DNA from: Takakia lepidozioides
Lineage: Eukaryota > Plantae > Bryophyta
Reading direction: 5' to 3'
DNA length: 64,000 nucleotides
Assembly (NCBI GenBank): GCA_030704615.1
Contig: CM060734.1
Span: forward strand, 60,326,001-60,390,000
The notes below the pieces were generated by a model. It searched no databases. It worked only from the letters and a program-made list of their open reading frames with translations, and was not told the DNA's origin. A program made the translations under genes and the position numbers. Of the stretch, positions 48,920-59,380 are shown piece by piece (position 1 is the stretch's first letter; the number at the start of each line of letters is the position of its first letter).

Positions 48920-51900
48920 TCAATAGAGGTATACATAAAAAATTTGCATATGCCAATTACAATGTGAGACACAGAAGAATTAGGACTACCAAAAGTTTAT
49001 AATAGAGTTAAAAGGTGACCTCTGTGCGTGACGCCAGGATTGATATGACCTTCTCAACCCCATCTGTTGGAGCAACCAATACTGAAATCGGTACATTCAC
49101 CTCTGCATTGACATCCACATACTTGGATTCAACAGTGGAATGCAGTGTGTGTGTGTGTTAGAGGGACAAAAATGAGCCAAGTCCACCGTGGAAATTGTGA
49201 GAATATAGCGTTGGCCCGGACCTCAAATATCAGGTCCCAAAGAAAAAGTGAGAAAGAAATTGGTTTGACCAAATCAAAACCTAGCTTTATCCAATTTTGC
49301 TTGCCCTAAGACCCACCATTTCCAAATCAACAGTGGAGTGGCTATGACCCCACTAAATTGCAGGTCCAACTGATTTTTTCACCTATGGTTGCTATGCATG
49401 CAATTACATGGGGGTTGAAATCTCAAAATTGACAAAAAAAAATGTGCCTCCAATTGAAGTACTTTTTTCTACAAAAAATTTAAAAGCCAACAGTGGATGT
49501 GTGTATGTAATGCTCACACACCACAAGGTGAAGCCCTTTTTCCAAAATTGCTAATTTTCTGCCAAAAATGGCCTTTGGAGTGCAATCTGTTTTGGGCTTG
49601 TTTACCTGCCACGTCAGCGGTCAACAAGCCCTTTTCAGGCCCAAAACGTAAATCAGAAATCTAAGATATTTTTTGTAGGTCGTAGCTTTTGTTTTTTCTT
49701 AATTTTGTTTTTTGCATCATACTCCAGACAAATCCCTTGTCATTAAAGCTTCAGGAGTGGGCCCCATCAGATTAGATCTGCAAAAATTAGGTCCAACTGC
49801 AAATTCAAAGTGACCGGATTCAGGTCGCTTGGGACCTTACGGGTTAAATCTTCAATTGGCGCCTTTTCTTTGGAGGTGATTGACCTTCCCCAGCTATTCT
49901 TCCCTCGTAGCTCTCTGGGAGCATCAGTTTTGCCTATTCCAGCAGCGCTGTATCCTCATTTTCATTTAGCATATCTCACCTTCTTTAAATCTGATATAAC
50001 CGTTATCAAATCACATGAGAATGGCAAGCTCGGTACTTTCATACAACGAACAAACAGAGATTTTGCACAATTAGACTGACTCAACCCATGTGAGTACCTA
50101 TCGCATGACAATAAGCGAATCCACACCATACAACAAATGCTCAAGCGGAAAACGGAGAGATTTTTTTAAGGACAGAGAAGAGAGGCGTATCAGCTCAACA
50201 TAACGGAGGAAGAGCATTGACGTACCGAAAGCGTCGGCGACGAGGATCACAGCAGCCGATGACGACGCCGAGCCAGTGATGTACACAGCGAGCCCGGCTA
50301 TGGTGTCCTCTTTCCCCACAGAGCTTTCCACCGCTGGGTTTGCAACCGAAACTAAGTGCACAAGCTTCCTTTTAACTCACAAAACAACGCCATTGATCCC
50401 TATGGTGACTAACCAAACATGGTTGACTTCCAACCCTTGTAGGCACTCATTCACGTGCTTTTCTTGACCATAGCATGCCCTTCGCACCTAATCCAGCCCC
50501 TGCACCTGCTGCTTCAAGAATTGTGCTCCCTTCAAGCTTGAAGTTGAAACCCCAACTCACATAGGCCCTACAAATGCTTTTCTTTCACCTGAAGGCTGTT
50601 TAGTAGTCCCCATTCTATGCTCTCTTCTGCCCCGGTGTAGAATGTCAACAGACTCCGATATTACACATTAGATATGAAAATTCTGTTGTGATACCTTTTC
50701 CATCCTGCGGTAGATGATCAAGAGTGAGAGGTGGGTTGGAGGATGAAAGTATTGAATGTAGTGGTTCACTGAAAGGGAACACACATAACACAAAACAAAC
50801 AAATGAATAGTGCAATCAAGAATAGCATTATAGAGCCAAATCAAAAGTTTGTTTGAGGATAAACTTTAAATTTAGTAGTATGCTGCAGGGCGCCAATAAA
50901 ACTATTTCAGAGATCCTTGAACAATCTGTTCTAAGGTGCCCTTTGTAGTGCAGTAGTTTCAAAAGATACTGTGAACCCAGGTCTACGTACCAGTCAAGGC
51001 ATTGAATCACTTGTTGCTCCAAAGTAAGTTGCAAAGTTCCTTCATTGAGGCACTGAAAGCTTTAGTCTGTCCAAGAGAAGCACAGTAAGGGTACAAATCT
51101 AATCCCTCCTCTTATATATGTCCAACAGTAACACTAGGGGTATTGGCTGAACTAGTGACAATTGTTCACTAATCTACAATTGTTTCATATAAGCATGTTG
51201 CAGTTCAAGGCAACCTTGAACTGCAACATGCACATGCCACTGCGATAGTGTGAGGGAGTCACTCGAATCCAATTCATGGGGCATCAATCAATAACAGAAT
51301 ACCCAGTAAAATTACAATCACTGGCCCGACACGGATTAGATTGTGGTGGGTTCATGCTAGCTTTTGACAACATTCCTGCAAGTTAGTCAAGGGCTCTGTC
51401 TCATGCAGCACCATGAGAACATCCAAACTTGTCCAAATCTAAGGGCCGCTTTACATGAGGCGCCAACCTGCCACCAAGCTGCTGCTTCCTGAGAATTGTT
51501 TTTAGCGAGGGGCACCAATTGCTCAAAATCTTCACCCAGACTTCTTCGAGTAGATCGGCACGACAGCCATGAACTATTCTCTAAGAAAGCGTGGAATTCA
51601 AGGGCAATGCCACGAAGTGCTTTTAAGGTTTTGGCCTGTGGTTTGGTCCCTGGTGGGTTTACAAAACGTTACATTCCTTTGAAGTTCAGATACCAAGGAC
51701 TTGGCACCTTATGTAAAGCGGCCGCTGAACAACCTTGTGCACAAGGCTGCCCCTTCAATCAAGTTCATCACGAATCGTTTTGACCTTCATCTTCAAGCTT
51801 CGAAGGACCTCCACAATACACACCAGAATTTGAACAGTTTCCTTCCACTATCACCAGAGTCAGTCGAAATACCCCTTCACTTCCTACCTGCTCCACTCAT

Positions 51901-52094
51901 GTGCAATTACGGGCTGACTTTCCATCTATGCTGGGTAGACCCCATTGTCGAATCTTGGAAGGTTGACATGCCAGAGGAAATGCCCTCAACAGTACATCAT
52001 AGCCAATATTCTCAGGAAATGGTGGATGAACTAAGAAGCTACGCTGATCACAGAATGTAGCAATAGACTCCCACCTTTCCAGAAGAACATCATT

Positions 52095-55028
52095 TCACCA
52101 GTAATCCCCACAAGAACACACCCCATCTTTGAAGTGGTGAAAGCGACTAGCATCCCGTACAACAATTGCTCGGCCAACAATCTTTGAGATGAACTTGGTG
52201 GCAGTGTGGCAGTCACCACACACTCGAAGATTCTTGATGATACGGAGAGGGGTCCCAGGGGCTGTGCTGATCAGCCCAAAACCAATGGCCAGCTTCTCAC
52301 TGTGATGGGAAAGAGAAAATTCCTTTTGCTCCTCCCCCACATCATGCAATACAAAGCGCGTGTCAGGCACATACCCTTCCTCCTTCATCTGCCTAGACAA
52401 TCTTCTCAGCTCAGCATGGATTTCCTCAATTTTTGGATGCCATTTATCATCTACAACAAAGGAGTGCACCCTGTTGCTGACCTCAATGCAACAGCGACCT
52501 GGCTCCTTTCTAACCCCTCTGACCTTCATCATTTTTCTCACCTTTGCAGTGTCGTCCCACCTGCCAGCTGCGGCATAGATGTTTGATAGCAACACATAAG
52601 TCGCAGCATCCTGTTCATCCCACTTGAGAATAGATGTTGCTGCACGTTCAGCCATCTTCACATTGCAATGAATTCTGCAGGCACCAAGCAAGGGCTTCCA
52701 CACCGCAGCATTTGATTTCATTGACATTTTGTTAATGAACTCCTCTGCCTCATCCAATCGCCCCGCACGACCAAGAAGGTCCACCATGCAGGCAAAGTGC
52801 TCGACTGCTGGAGTGATGCCATGATCTCGACTCAGGTAGTCAAAGTAGTATCTGCCTTCATCCACTAGGCCAGCATGGCTACATGCAGAGAGAACACACA
52901 AAAAGGTAATGCTGTCCAGCTTCAAGCCATGACCTTCCATCTGTTCCAATAGTTGCAGGGCCTCCATATCACAACCATGCTGGGCATATCCTGCGATCAT
53001 CGCATTCCAGGACACCAAATTTCGTTCACCCATATTGTCGAACACTCCCTTTGCATCCTTGATGCTCCCGCCTTTGGCATACATGTCCACCAGGGTATTG
53101 TTCAGAATGACATCTGGTACAATTCCCGCTTTGATGATTTCACCATGGACCTCTTTGCCCATTTCCAGGGCTGCCAGGCTTGCACATGCATTGCAAACGC
53201 AAACAAACGTGACCCGGTCCGGCTTCATCCCTTCCCGCATCATTTGCTCATAGGTCTCCAAAGCCTCCATGCCACACCCATGCTTCGCATATCCTGCAAT
53301 CATCGCATTCCATGACACCACATTTCGTTCGGCCATATTGTCAAATACTCCCTTTGCATCCTCGATGCTCCCTCCTTTCGCGTACATATCCACGAGGGCA
53401 GTGTTCAGAATGACATCTGGTACAATTTGTGCTTTGATGATGTCACCATGGACCTCTTTGCCTTTTCCCAGGGCTGCGAGACTTGCACAGGCGTTGCAAA
53501 TGCATATGAACGTGACCTGGTTGGGCTTCACCCCTTCCTGCATCATCTGCTTATAGGTCTCAAAAGCCTCCATCCCACACCCATGCTGGGTATATCCTGC
53601 AATCATTGCGGTCCAGGACACAACATCTCGTTCAGCCATATTGTCGAACACTACCTTTGCATCCTCAATGCTGCCACATTGAGCATACATTTTCATCAAG
53701 GCAGTGTTCAGTATGACATCTGGTACAATTCCTGCCTTGATGATGTCATTATGGACCTCTTTGCCCTTTTCCAGGGATGCCAGGCTCGCACATGCATTGC
53801 AAACGCAAACATACGTGATGTGATTGGGCTTCACCCCTTCCCCCATCATTTGCTCATAGGTCTCCAAAGCCTTCATCCCCCACCCATGGTGCATATATCC
53901 TGCAATCATAGCACTCCAGGACACCACATTTTGTTCAACCATACTGTGGAACACTTTCTTTGCATCTTCAATGCTACCTCCTTTGGCATACATATCCACC
54001 AGGGCATTGTTCAGAATGACATCTGGTACAATTCCAGCTTTGATAATGTCACCATGGACCTCTTTGCCCTTTTCCAGAGCTGCCAGGCTTGCACACACAT
54101 TGCAAATGCAAACAAACGTGACCCGGTTGGCCTTCACCCCTTCCTGCATCATTTGCTCATAGGTATCCAAAGCCTCCATCCCGCACCCATGCTGGGCATA
54201 TCCTGTGATCATCACATTCCACGACACCACATCTCGTTCAGCCATATTGTTGAACACTCTCTTTGCATCCTCAATGCTGCCGCATTTGGCATACATGTCC
54301 ACCAGTGTGTTGATCAGAATGACATCAGGTGCAAGTCCTGCTTTGATGATGTCACCATGGACCTCTCTGCCCTTTTCCAGGGCTTCCTGACTTGCACACG
54401 CATTGCAAACGCAAACAAACGTGATGTGGTTGGGCTTCACCCCTTCCTGCATCATTTGCTCATATGTCTCTAAAGCATTCTTACCACACCCATGCTTGAT
54501 AAATCCTGTTATCATTATATTCCACGTGATCACACCTCGTTTACACATTTTGTTGAACACTTCGTGTGCATCCATGATGCTCCCGCATTTAACATACATG
54601 TTGACCAGGGTGTTGTGTAGAAAAATGTTTGGCTTGAGTTCTGTTTGGATCATGTGAAGGTGCACCTGCTTTCCGAGCTCCAGGTCTTTCATCTTGATGC
54701 ACCTACGCAAGAGACAGACATAAGTATCTGAATCTGCTGAAATGCCTGCTTGGTTCAGAATCTGTAGAGCCTCTTTTAGCTGCCCAGCCTCACATAGTGT
54801 TCTCACATGCCCAGGAGTGCCAGAAGAGGTCTTGTGGACTGCCTCCCTTGGTCCTCTTTTGGAAGCTGTGTTCATGGTGGAGGTGCCTAATTTTATCGAC
54901 TGTGCTGCTGCTACTGCTTCCACTTGACCATGTACCCATGCAGGTTTCTTGTAGCTAAACATCCACAGGGACTCATAGGTAAGCTTGTGCTTGAAATCCG
55001 GCCCTCTCACTGGAATCTGGACCCACAC
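52095..55028 (-). CDS. PLS-class PPR protein with E1/E2 and DYW cytidine deaminase (organellar C-to-U editing factor type); true 5' end uncertain
   Basis: Six L-S-P triplets plus L2-S2, PG box, HSEKLA...CGDCH, terminal DYW. Confidence 0.95.
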   Translation of the reverse strand: MWVQIPVRGPDFKHKLTYESLWMFSYKKPAWVHGQVEAVAAAQSIKLGTSTMNTASKRGPREAVHKTSSGTPGHVRTLCEAGQLKEALQILNQAGISADSDTYVCLLRRCIKMKDLELGKQVHLHMIQTELKPNIFLHNTLVNMYVKCGSIMDAHEVFNKMCKRGVITWNIMITGFIKHGCGKNALETYEQMMQEGVKPNHITFVCVCNACASQEALEKGREVHGDIIKAGLAPDVILINTLVDMYAKCGSIEDAKRVFNNMAERDVVSWNVMITGYAQHGCGMEALDTYEQMMQEGVKANRVTFVCICNVCASLAALEKGKEVHGDIIKAGIVPDVILNNALVDMYAKGGSIEDAKKVFHSMVEQNVVSWSAMIAGYMHHGWGMKALETYEQMMGEGVKPNHITYVCVCNACASLASLEKGKEVHNDIIKAGIVPDVILNTALMKMYAQCGSIEDAKVVFDNMAERDVVSWTAMIAGYTQHGCGMEAFETYKQMMQEGVKPNQVTFICICNACASLAALGKGKEVHGDIIKAQIVPDVILNTALVDMYAKGGSIEDAKGVFDNMAERNVVSWNAMIAGYAKHGCGMEALETYEQMMREGMKPDRVTFVCVCNACASLAALEMGKEVHGEIIKAGIVPDVILNNTLVDMYAKGGSIKDAKGVFDNMGERNLVSWNAMIAGYAQHGCDMEALQLLEQMEGHGLKLDSITFLCVLSACSHAGLVDEGRYYFDYLSRDHGITPAVEHFACMVDLLGRAGRLDEAEEFINKMSMKSNAAVWKPLLGACRIHCNVKMAERAATSILKWDEQDAATYVLLSNIYAAAGRWDDTAKVRKMMKVRGVRKEPGRCCIEVSNRVHSFVVDDKWHPKIEEIHAELRRLSRQMKEEGYVPDTRFVLHDVGEEQKEFSLSHHSEKLAIGFGLISTAPGTPLRIIKNLRVCGDCHTATKFISKIVGRAIVVRDASRFHHFKDGVCSCGDYW

Positions 55029-55257
55029 TCCATCCCTGCTCCTTCAGCTGTCCCTGCCTTGGTACCAATAATGCTCCCTTGCTGCTATGAACAAGCTTTT
55101 CTAGCAAACACCCAACCCTACAAATCACACACTAGTTCCTATTCAGAATCGCTAACGAGACTAAAGAACGAACTGGGGAGAGAGAGAGATGACACTTTCC
55201 AAGAAAGCTTTATGCATCTTGTTGCCTGCTTCTCTCTTAGATTTGACAGGCATTCAC

Positions 55258-56486
55258 CTTTCTGCCTTGATTGTCCCACCATTCAGGGATCGGAAAAATA
55301 TTCCTTCCAAAGCTTCTCCTCATCTCTGTTTTCTGTTTTTCGATATTTTCCTGGTGCCACATTGGCAAATGGCAAAATTACCTACCATATCCACATGATG
55401 AGCTAACTTACAGAATTCAAGACGAAAAATTAGGGACAACTCTACTAAGAGGACAAAACAGGCCAAAATGTGTTGAAGAAGAAGGTGGCCTTACCACATT
55501 GCCCTTGACCTTGTGTCATGAAAGCAGCTAGCCTTTCTCTCATCCAACCATCAACACAAGGAACGTCGTGTGTGCACTGCTTGTGTCTGCAGTCGGGTGA
55601 TCTCGGACTGGTCCATGAGAACCACACTGTGCAGCAGAGCAGCCATAGATTTAAACACGGCCCCCTCACAAGAAGCTGACCCTCCCAAGTACCTTGTAGA
55701 CACCAGGAAATTAACAAATCATGATACTAACAGCAATCACTTTTGCGACTGTACAAATTTCTTCACATTGTACATGAAAAAAGCCACACCTTGTGACTGT
55801 GGTAGTCCCACCATTGCAAAGGATCTTTTAAGAACTCATGCCAGTGCTGCTCCATGCTACACGGTAGACGTTCATGCCTTCATCCCTGGAACTCCAACAG
55901 CATCAAAACTTTGACCAGTTCCTCTATGGAAGAGTGATAGTGTAGCTTTCACGCAAGTCACTGTGGGCTCCTTTGGACTATACAAAATGAGGAACATGTC
56001 CAAACTTACACCGATGCTAAACAAGCTGCTGCATGACAAGGCTGCCTTAATCAGGTCACTTTGAGTCATACTCACTTTCATCTGCAAGTTTTGAAGGAGC
56101 TCCACCATATACACCAGAATCAGAACTGCAGTCTGGTATCTTTCCACCATCCACAATCTTTTGAGATGGCAATTAGTTTTCTTTTCACCCAAGGAGGATT
56201 GAACCAACCCTCAATCCACAAGCCCTCTTGTGTGTGCTCCTTATGTCTGTAGTCTGGAGATTTTGGAGTGGTCTGTGAAATTGACCAGGGAAGCCACAGT
56301 CTCAACCCTCCCAAGTACCTTTCAATTCGGGAAAAGACCTTGAGCATCCTACTTCTTTTCATCCCAGAGTTCAACTAAACTCCCTCACACTCCTTCACGT
56401 CCTACACGAAAAAAGCTCACCTTGTCAACACTGCAGTCCCACCATTGTGACGGATGTTTAAGGAAGTCCTGCCAGCGCTGTTCCAT
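55258..56486 (-). pseudogene. Upstream exons encoding OSB-type PDF motifs (three repeats, decayed), colinear with the PPR-DYW ORF
   Basis: MEQRWQDFLKHPSQWWDCSVDK|TTPKSPDYRHK..EGLWIEGWFNPPWV; MEQHWHEFLKDPLQWWDYHSHK|TSPRSPDCRHK; EKLWKEYFSDP/EWWDNQGRK|IPVRGPDFKHKLTYESLW..PAWV. A GT donor follows the same K each time. Confidence 0.75.
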
Positions 56487-58113
56487 GCTCCAGCCTTGAC
56501 CTACGTGCGAGATACGCCAATTGTCAGCCTTATCGGACTATCCCGTGTGCTTTCTTGCCTCTTTGCCCAGAGTGCATTCGTTTGTGCTGAATTGCTCAAA
56601 ACATAATGCCAAGCCTGGATCCCACGGCACATACAACAAAGGGACCGCCAAGTGTTTTGCGTCATCACCTAATTTGAATGGAATCCCTAAAGGTTGGCCA
56701 GGCGGCATGGCAGCCGCATGCTCAATGTTGAAATGAGAAGGGAAACGCAGACGGATAGAGCTCCAGAGTCTGACCGGAGCTACCCTGTTGCTCTTGCGTC
56801 CATTTTATTGGTGTCATGTCTTTGATGTGAGATAGTAAGCAAATTGGCATTATGAATGTTGTTTTGGATTTTTGGTTGTTTGTGCAATCTCTTGCTGGCT
56901 GAACTTGCCTATGCATGTGGTCAAACTTCTTCCATGCATTGATAGTGTTTGCTAATGTTACAAGTCTTTGCTACAAAACATGGGGGGTGTAGATTCTGAG
57001 AGAGAGAAGAAGACTCCTACCAGAGCCGGCGTAACTAAGAGCCACTTCGCCTTACACCTGGAGTACTCTCTCATAAACCACTCAAAAAACAATCCTTGAG
57101 TATATCATCGTCCAAAGGATCAACGGATTTTGGAGGCGCCTCAGCTCCCGAGTCTAATCTCAAAGTACGCCATCGACGGATTCTCCCTAGCGCCATCATC
57201 ATAACACCAATAAATTAGTGCATTGTTGAAAATGGTTTGGTAGTTGATGTACATGTGTCAATTGGTGAGACCTAAGGGTTGTAGGGGTGATAGGTGTGGG
57301 GGCAACCTTCTACATATAAGGCATCATCACTGCTTAAAGGGTTGGGCCCACCACCGGAGAGGGTATATGAAGGAGATCGTTCTCCTCCCATTTCTACCGA
57401 CTACTTATTTATTAAGTTACTTCTAGCTACTGACTACTTACTCAGTTACCAACGTGATCTCCATACCACTATCTTTGGGAGATACCGAATTTCAAGTATT
57501 TTTTGTGAGGCGTTGCAGTTTGGGAGATCTCAACAATGCTACAAAACTAAACTAAACTAAACTAACTAACTACTTTGTATTTTCATACAAACTAGTGTAC
57601 CCATTGAGCACATATTCCAAAAGAAGTAGGTAGATGATGTTGGCATGTGCCAATGAGCACATATTGTAAGTATATACGTATTTCAACTATAAAAAGAGGT
57701 CTTAAACGATATTGGAAATGCCAATATTCCAGAAAGAATCTGATTATATGGACCTTCCCCGGGATCCAAAACTAATGGCAATGGAAAAAAAAACAAATAA
57801 ATAGTTTCCGGTACTTACGGAAGGTCCCTCGTAAGTTTAAAATTCATTTTTCTGGAGCCAGTTTTTTTTCTTTCCCATAAGTTCTAATTTCTTTTACGAT
57901 TTCTTTTGAGGAAAGGGCTTTGAATTTTTCAAGAATTCATCACAACAAACATTCAAATCCTGAATTGTGGGCTGTCGCTCCAAGGTTTCCTTTAAAAAAT
58001 TAAATAAATAAATAAAACATTGAATTGAGTCTTTCCAAGAATTTACACAACAAATGTTGAATTTACATACCTTTTGTTTTTAGTTTTGTTCAATTCGAGC
58101 TCATTTGCAGATA

Positions 58114-58635
58114 TGTCGTGCGCATACATATCGCTACACAACTACATCGCTGTCCAAACCACACCACACATATATGCACAATAAAGTAGTCTGCCACAAT
58201 GATAGAAAATCTTCGAACACACTGTTTACACAAAACATGAAAACCAAACCATCACTCTTAGAAATAGTAGTCGAGCCAGGGGCACCCCAAGCTATGGGGA
58301 CTCCACCCCACAACAACCTACACTCCCATCATGAGTACACTCAGATCTAAACGCATGCAGGAGCTCGGTCGCGCAGGCTCAACTCGAGAAAGATGAGCCG
58401 CGCGACTGCCGCTCTCGTGAAGATAAGACGGACCAGGTGTCAAACTAAACTTGACACCTGATTTAACACTTGACCTAAATCCAAGTGTTAAATACAAATA
58501 ACTAGTTTTATTCTAGCTGTTTTCACACTGTGCTTATTTAACTTGACAGCTGTCGTGCGCATACATATCGCTACACAACTACATCGCTGTCCAAACCACA
58601 CCACACATATATGCACAATAAAGTAGTCTGCCACA
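58114..58635 (-). repeat. 3' LTR of DNMT-gypsy copy B (522 bp, with identical 85-bp terminal direct repeats)
   Basis: TG...CA ends. PPT-like AGGGGGGCGAT adjacent at 58636-58646. 58114-58198 equals 58551-58635. Confidence 0.8.
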
Positions 58636-58895
58636 ATCGCCCCCCTAGCTGGTGGATAGGTCCCTCTACCTCCAGATAGCTACAAGATGTAATAGCCACA
58701 GCCGTACTAAGTCCTCTATCACTGTCCCTATTGTACTCAAACTCTATAGACCAAGAGGCCGGGTACAAGAGTAGCCCCATCGTTAGTCGCCATCTTGCAA
58801 TCTGTGAACTTGAGCCAGGACCGCGTGTGTTCAAGGTCTCCTAGTAGCTGGGCCTTGCGTTGCTTGTTAGCCTCCCATGGTTGTATCCACTCCCA

Positions 58896-59380
58896 CTATC
58901 CAATGCATTGTGGACATAACCAATCCCCATCTGGAACCATCTCAAGAGGTGGAGTCAAGCACCCCATATACCAACCTCTAGAGCATCGATCACACACCAG
59001 CATGGTGGCTGCCCCTTTAGCAGACCCACACAACATGCACCTCAAACCTGCAGATACCACTGCCAGGTTTGGGTCAATCCTGCCATCGACATTCGGAAGG
59101 TGACATGGCGCACAATTACGCACACGGTCCTTCCAAGTTATGCCATCCCGACCCTCCAAGACCAAGACGCCTGAGGGCAAGACCTCTCGAACCCTCAAAA
59201 TAACACGTCCTGCAGTCACATCCAGGGTCGTAGGAGCAGTCTGCTGCAGATAGACATAGTCACCAGGGTTGAATCTCCGAACCCCAGGACGATAGCCCCC
59301 ACCACGTATGGTAGCATACCTCAACGTATCACGGTGTTGTGCAATGGCAAGGTTCTCGAAAGCCATGGGCATGAATCTCT
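58896..59380 (-). CDS. Integrase C-terminus with PHD finger (frameshifted from pol)
   Basis: CMLCGSAKGAATMLVCDRCSRGWYMGCLTPPLEMVPDGDWLCPQC (C4HC3 pattern, with Tyr at the His position in this copy). Confidence 0.88.

Noticed and set aside
49150-50100. MITE or hAT-like element
   Set aside because: Repeat-like composition, but no TIR/TSD pair could be defined.
53427-54473. 348-aa ORF on the + strand
   Set aside because: Antisense shadow of the repetitive PPR coding sequence.
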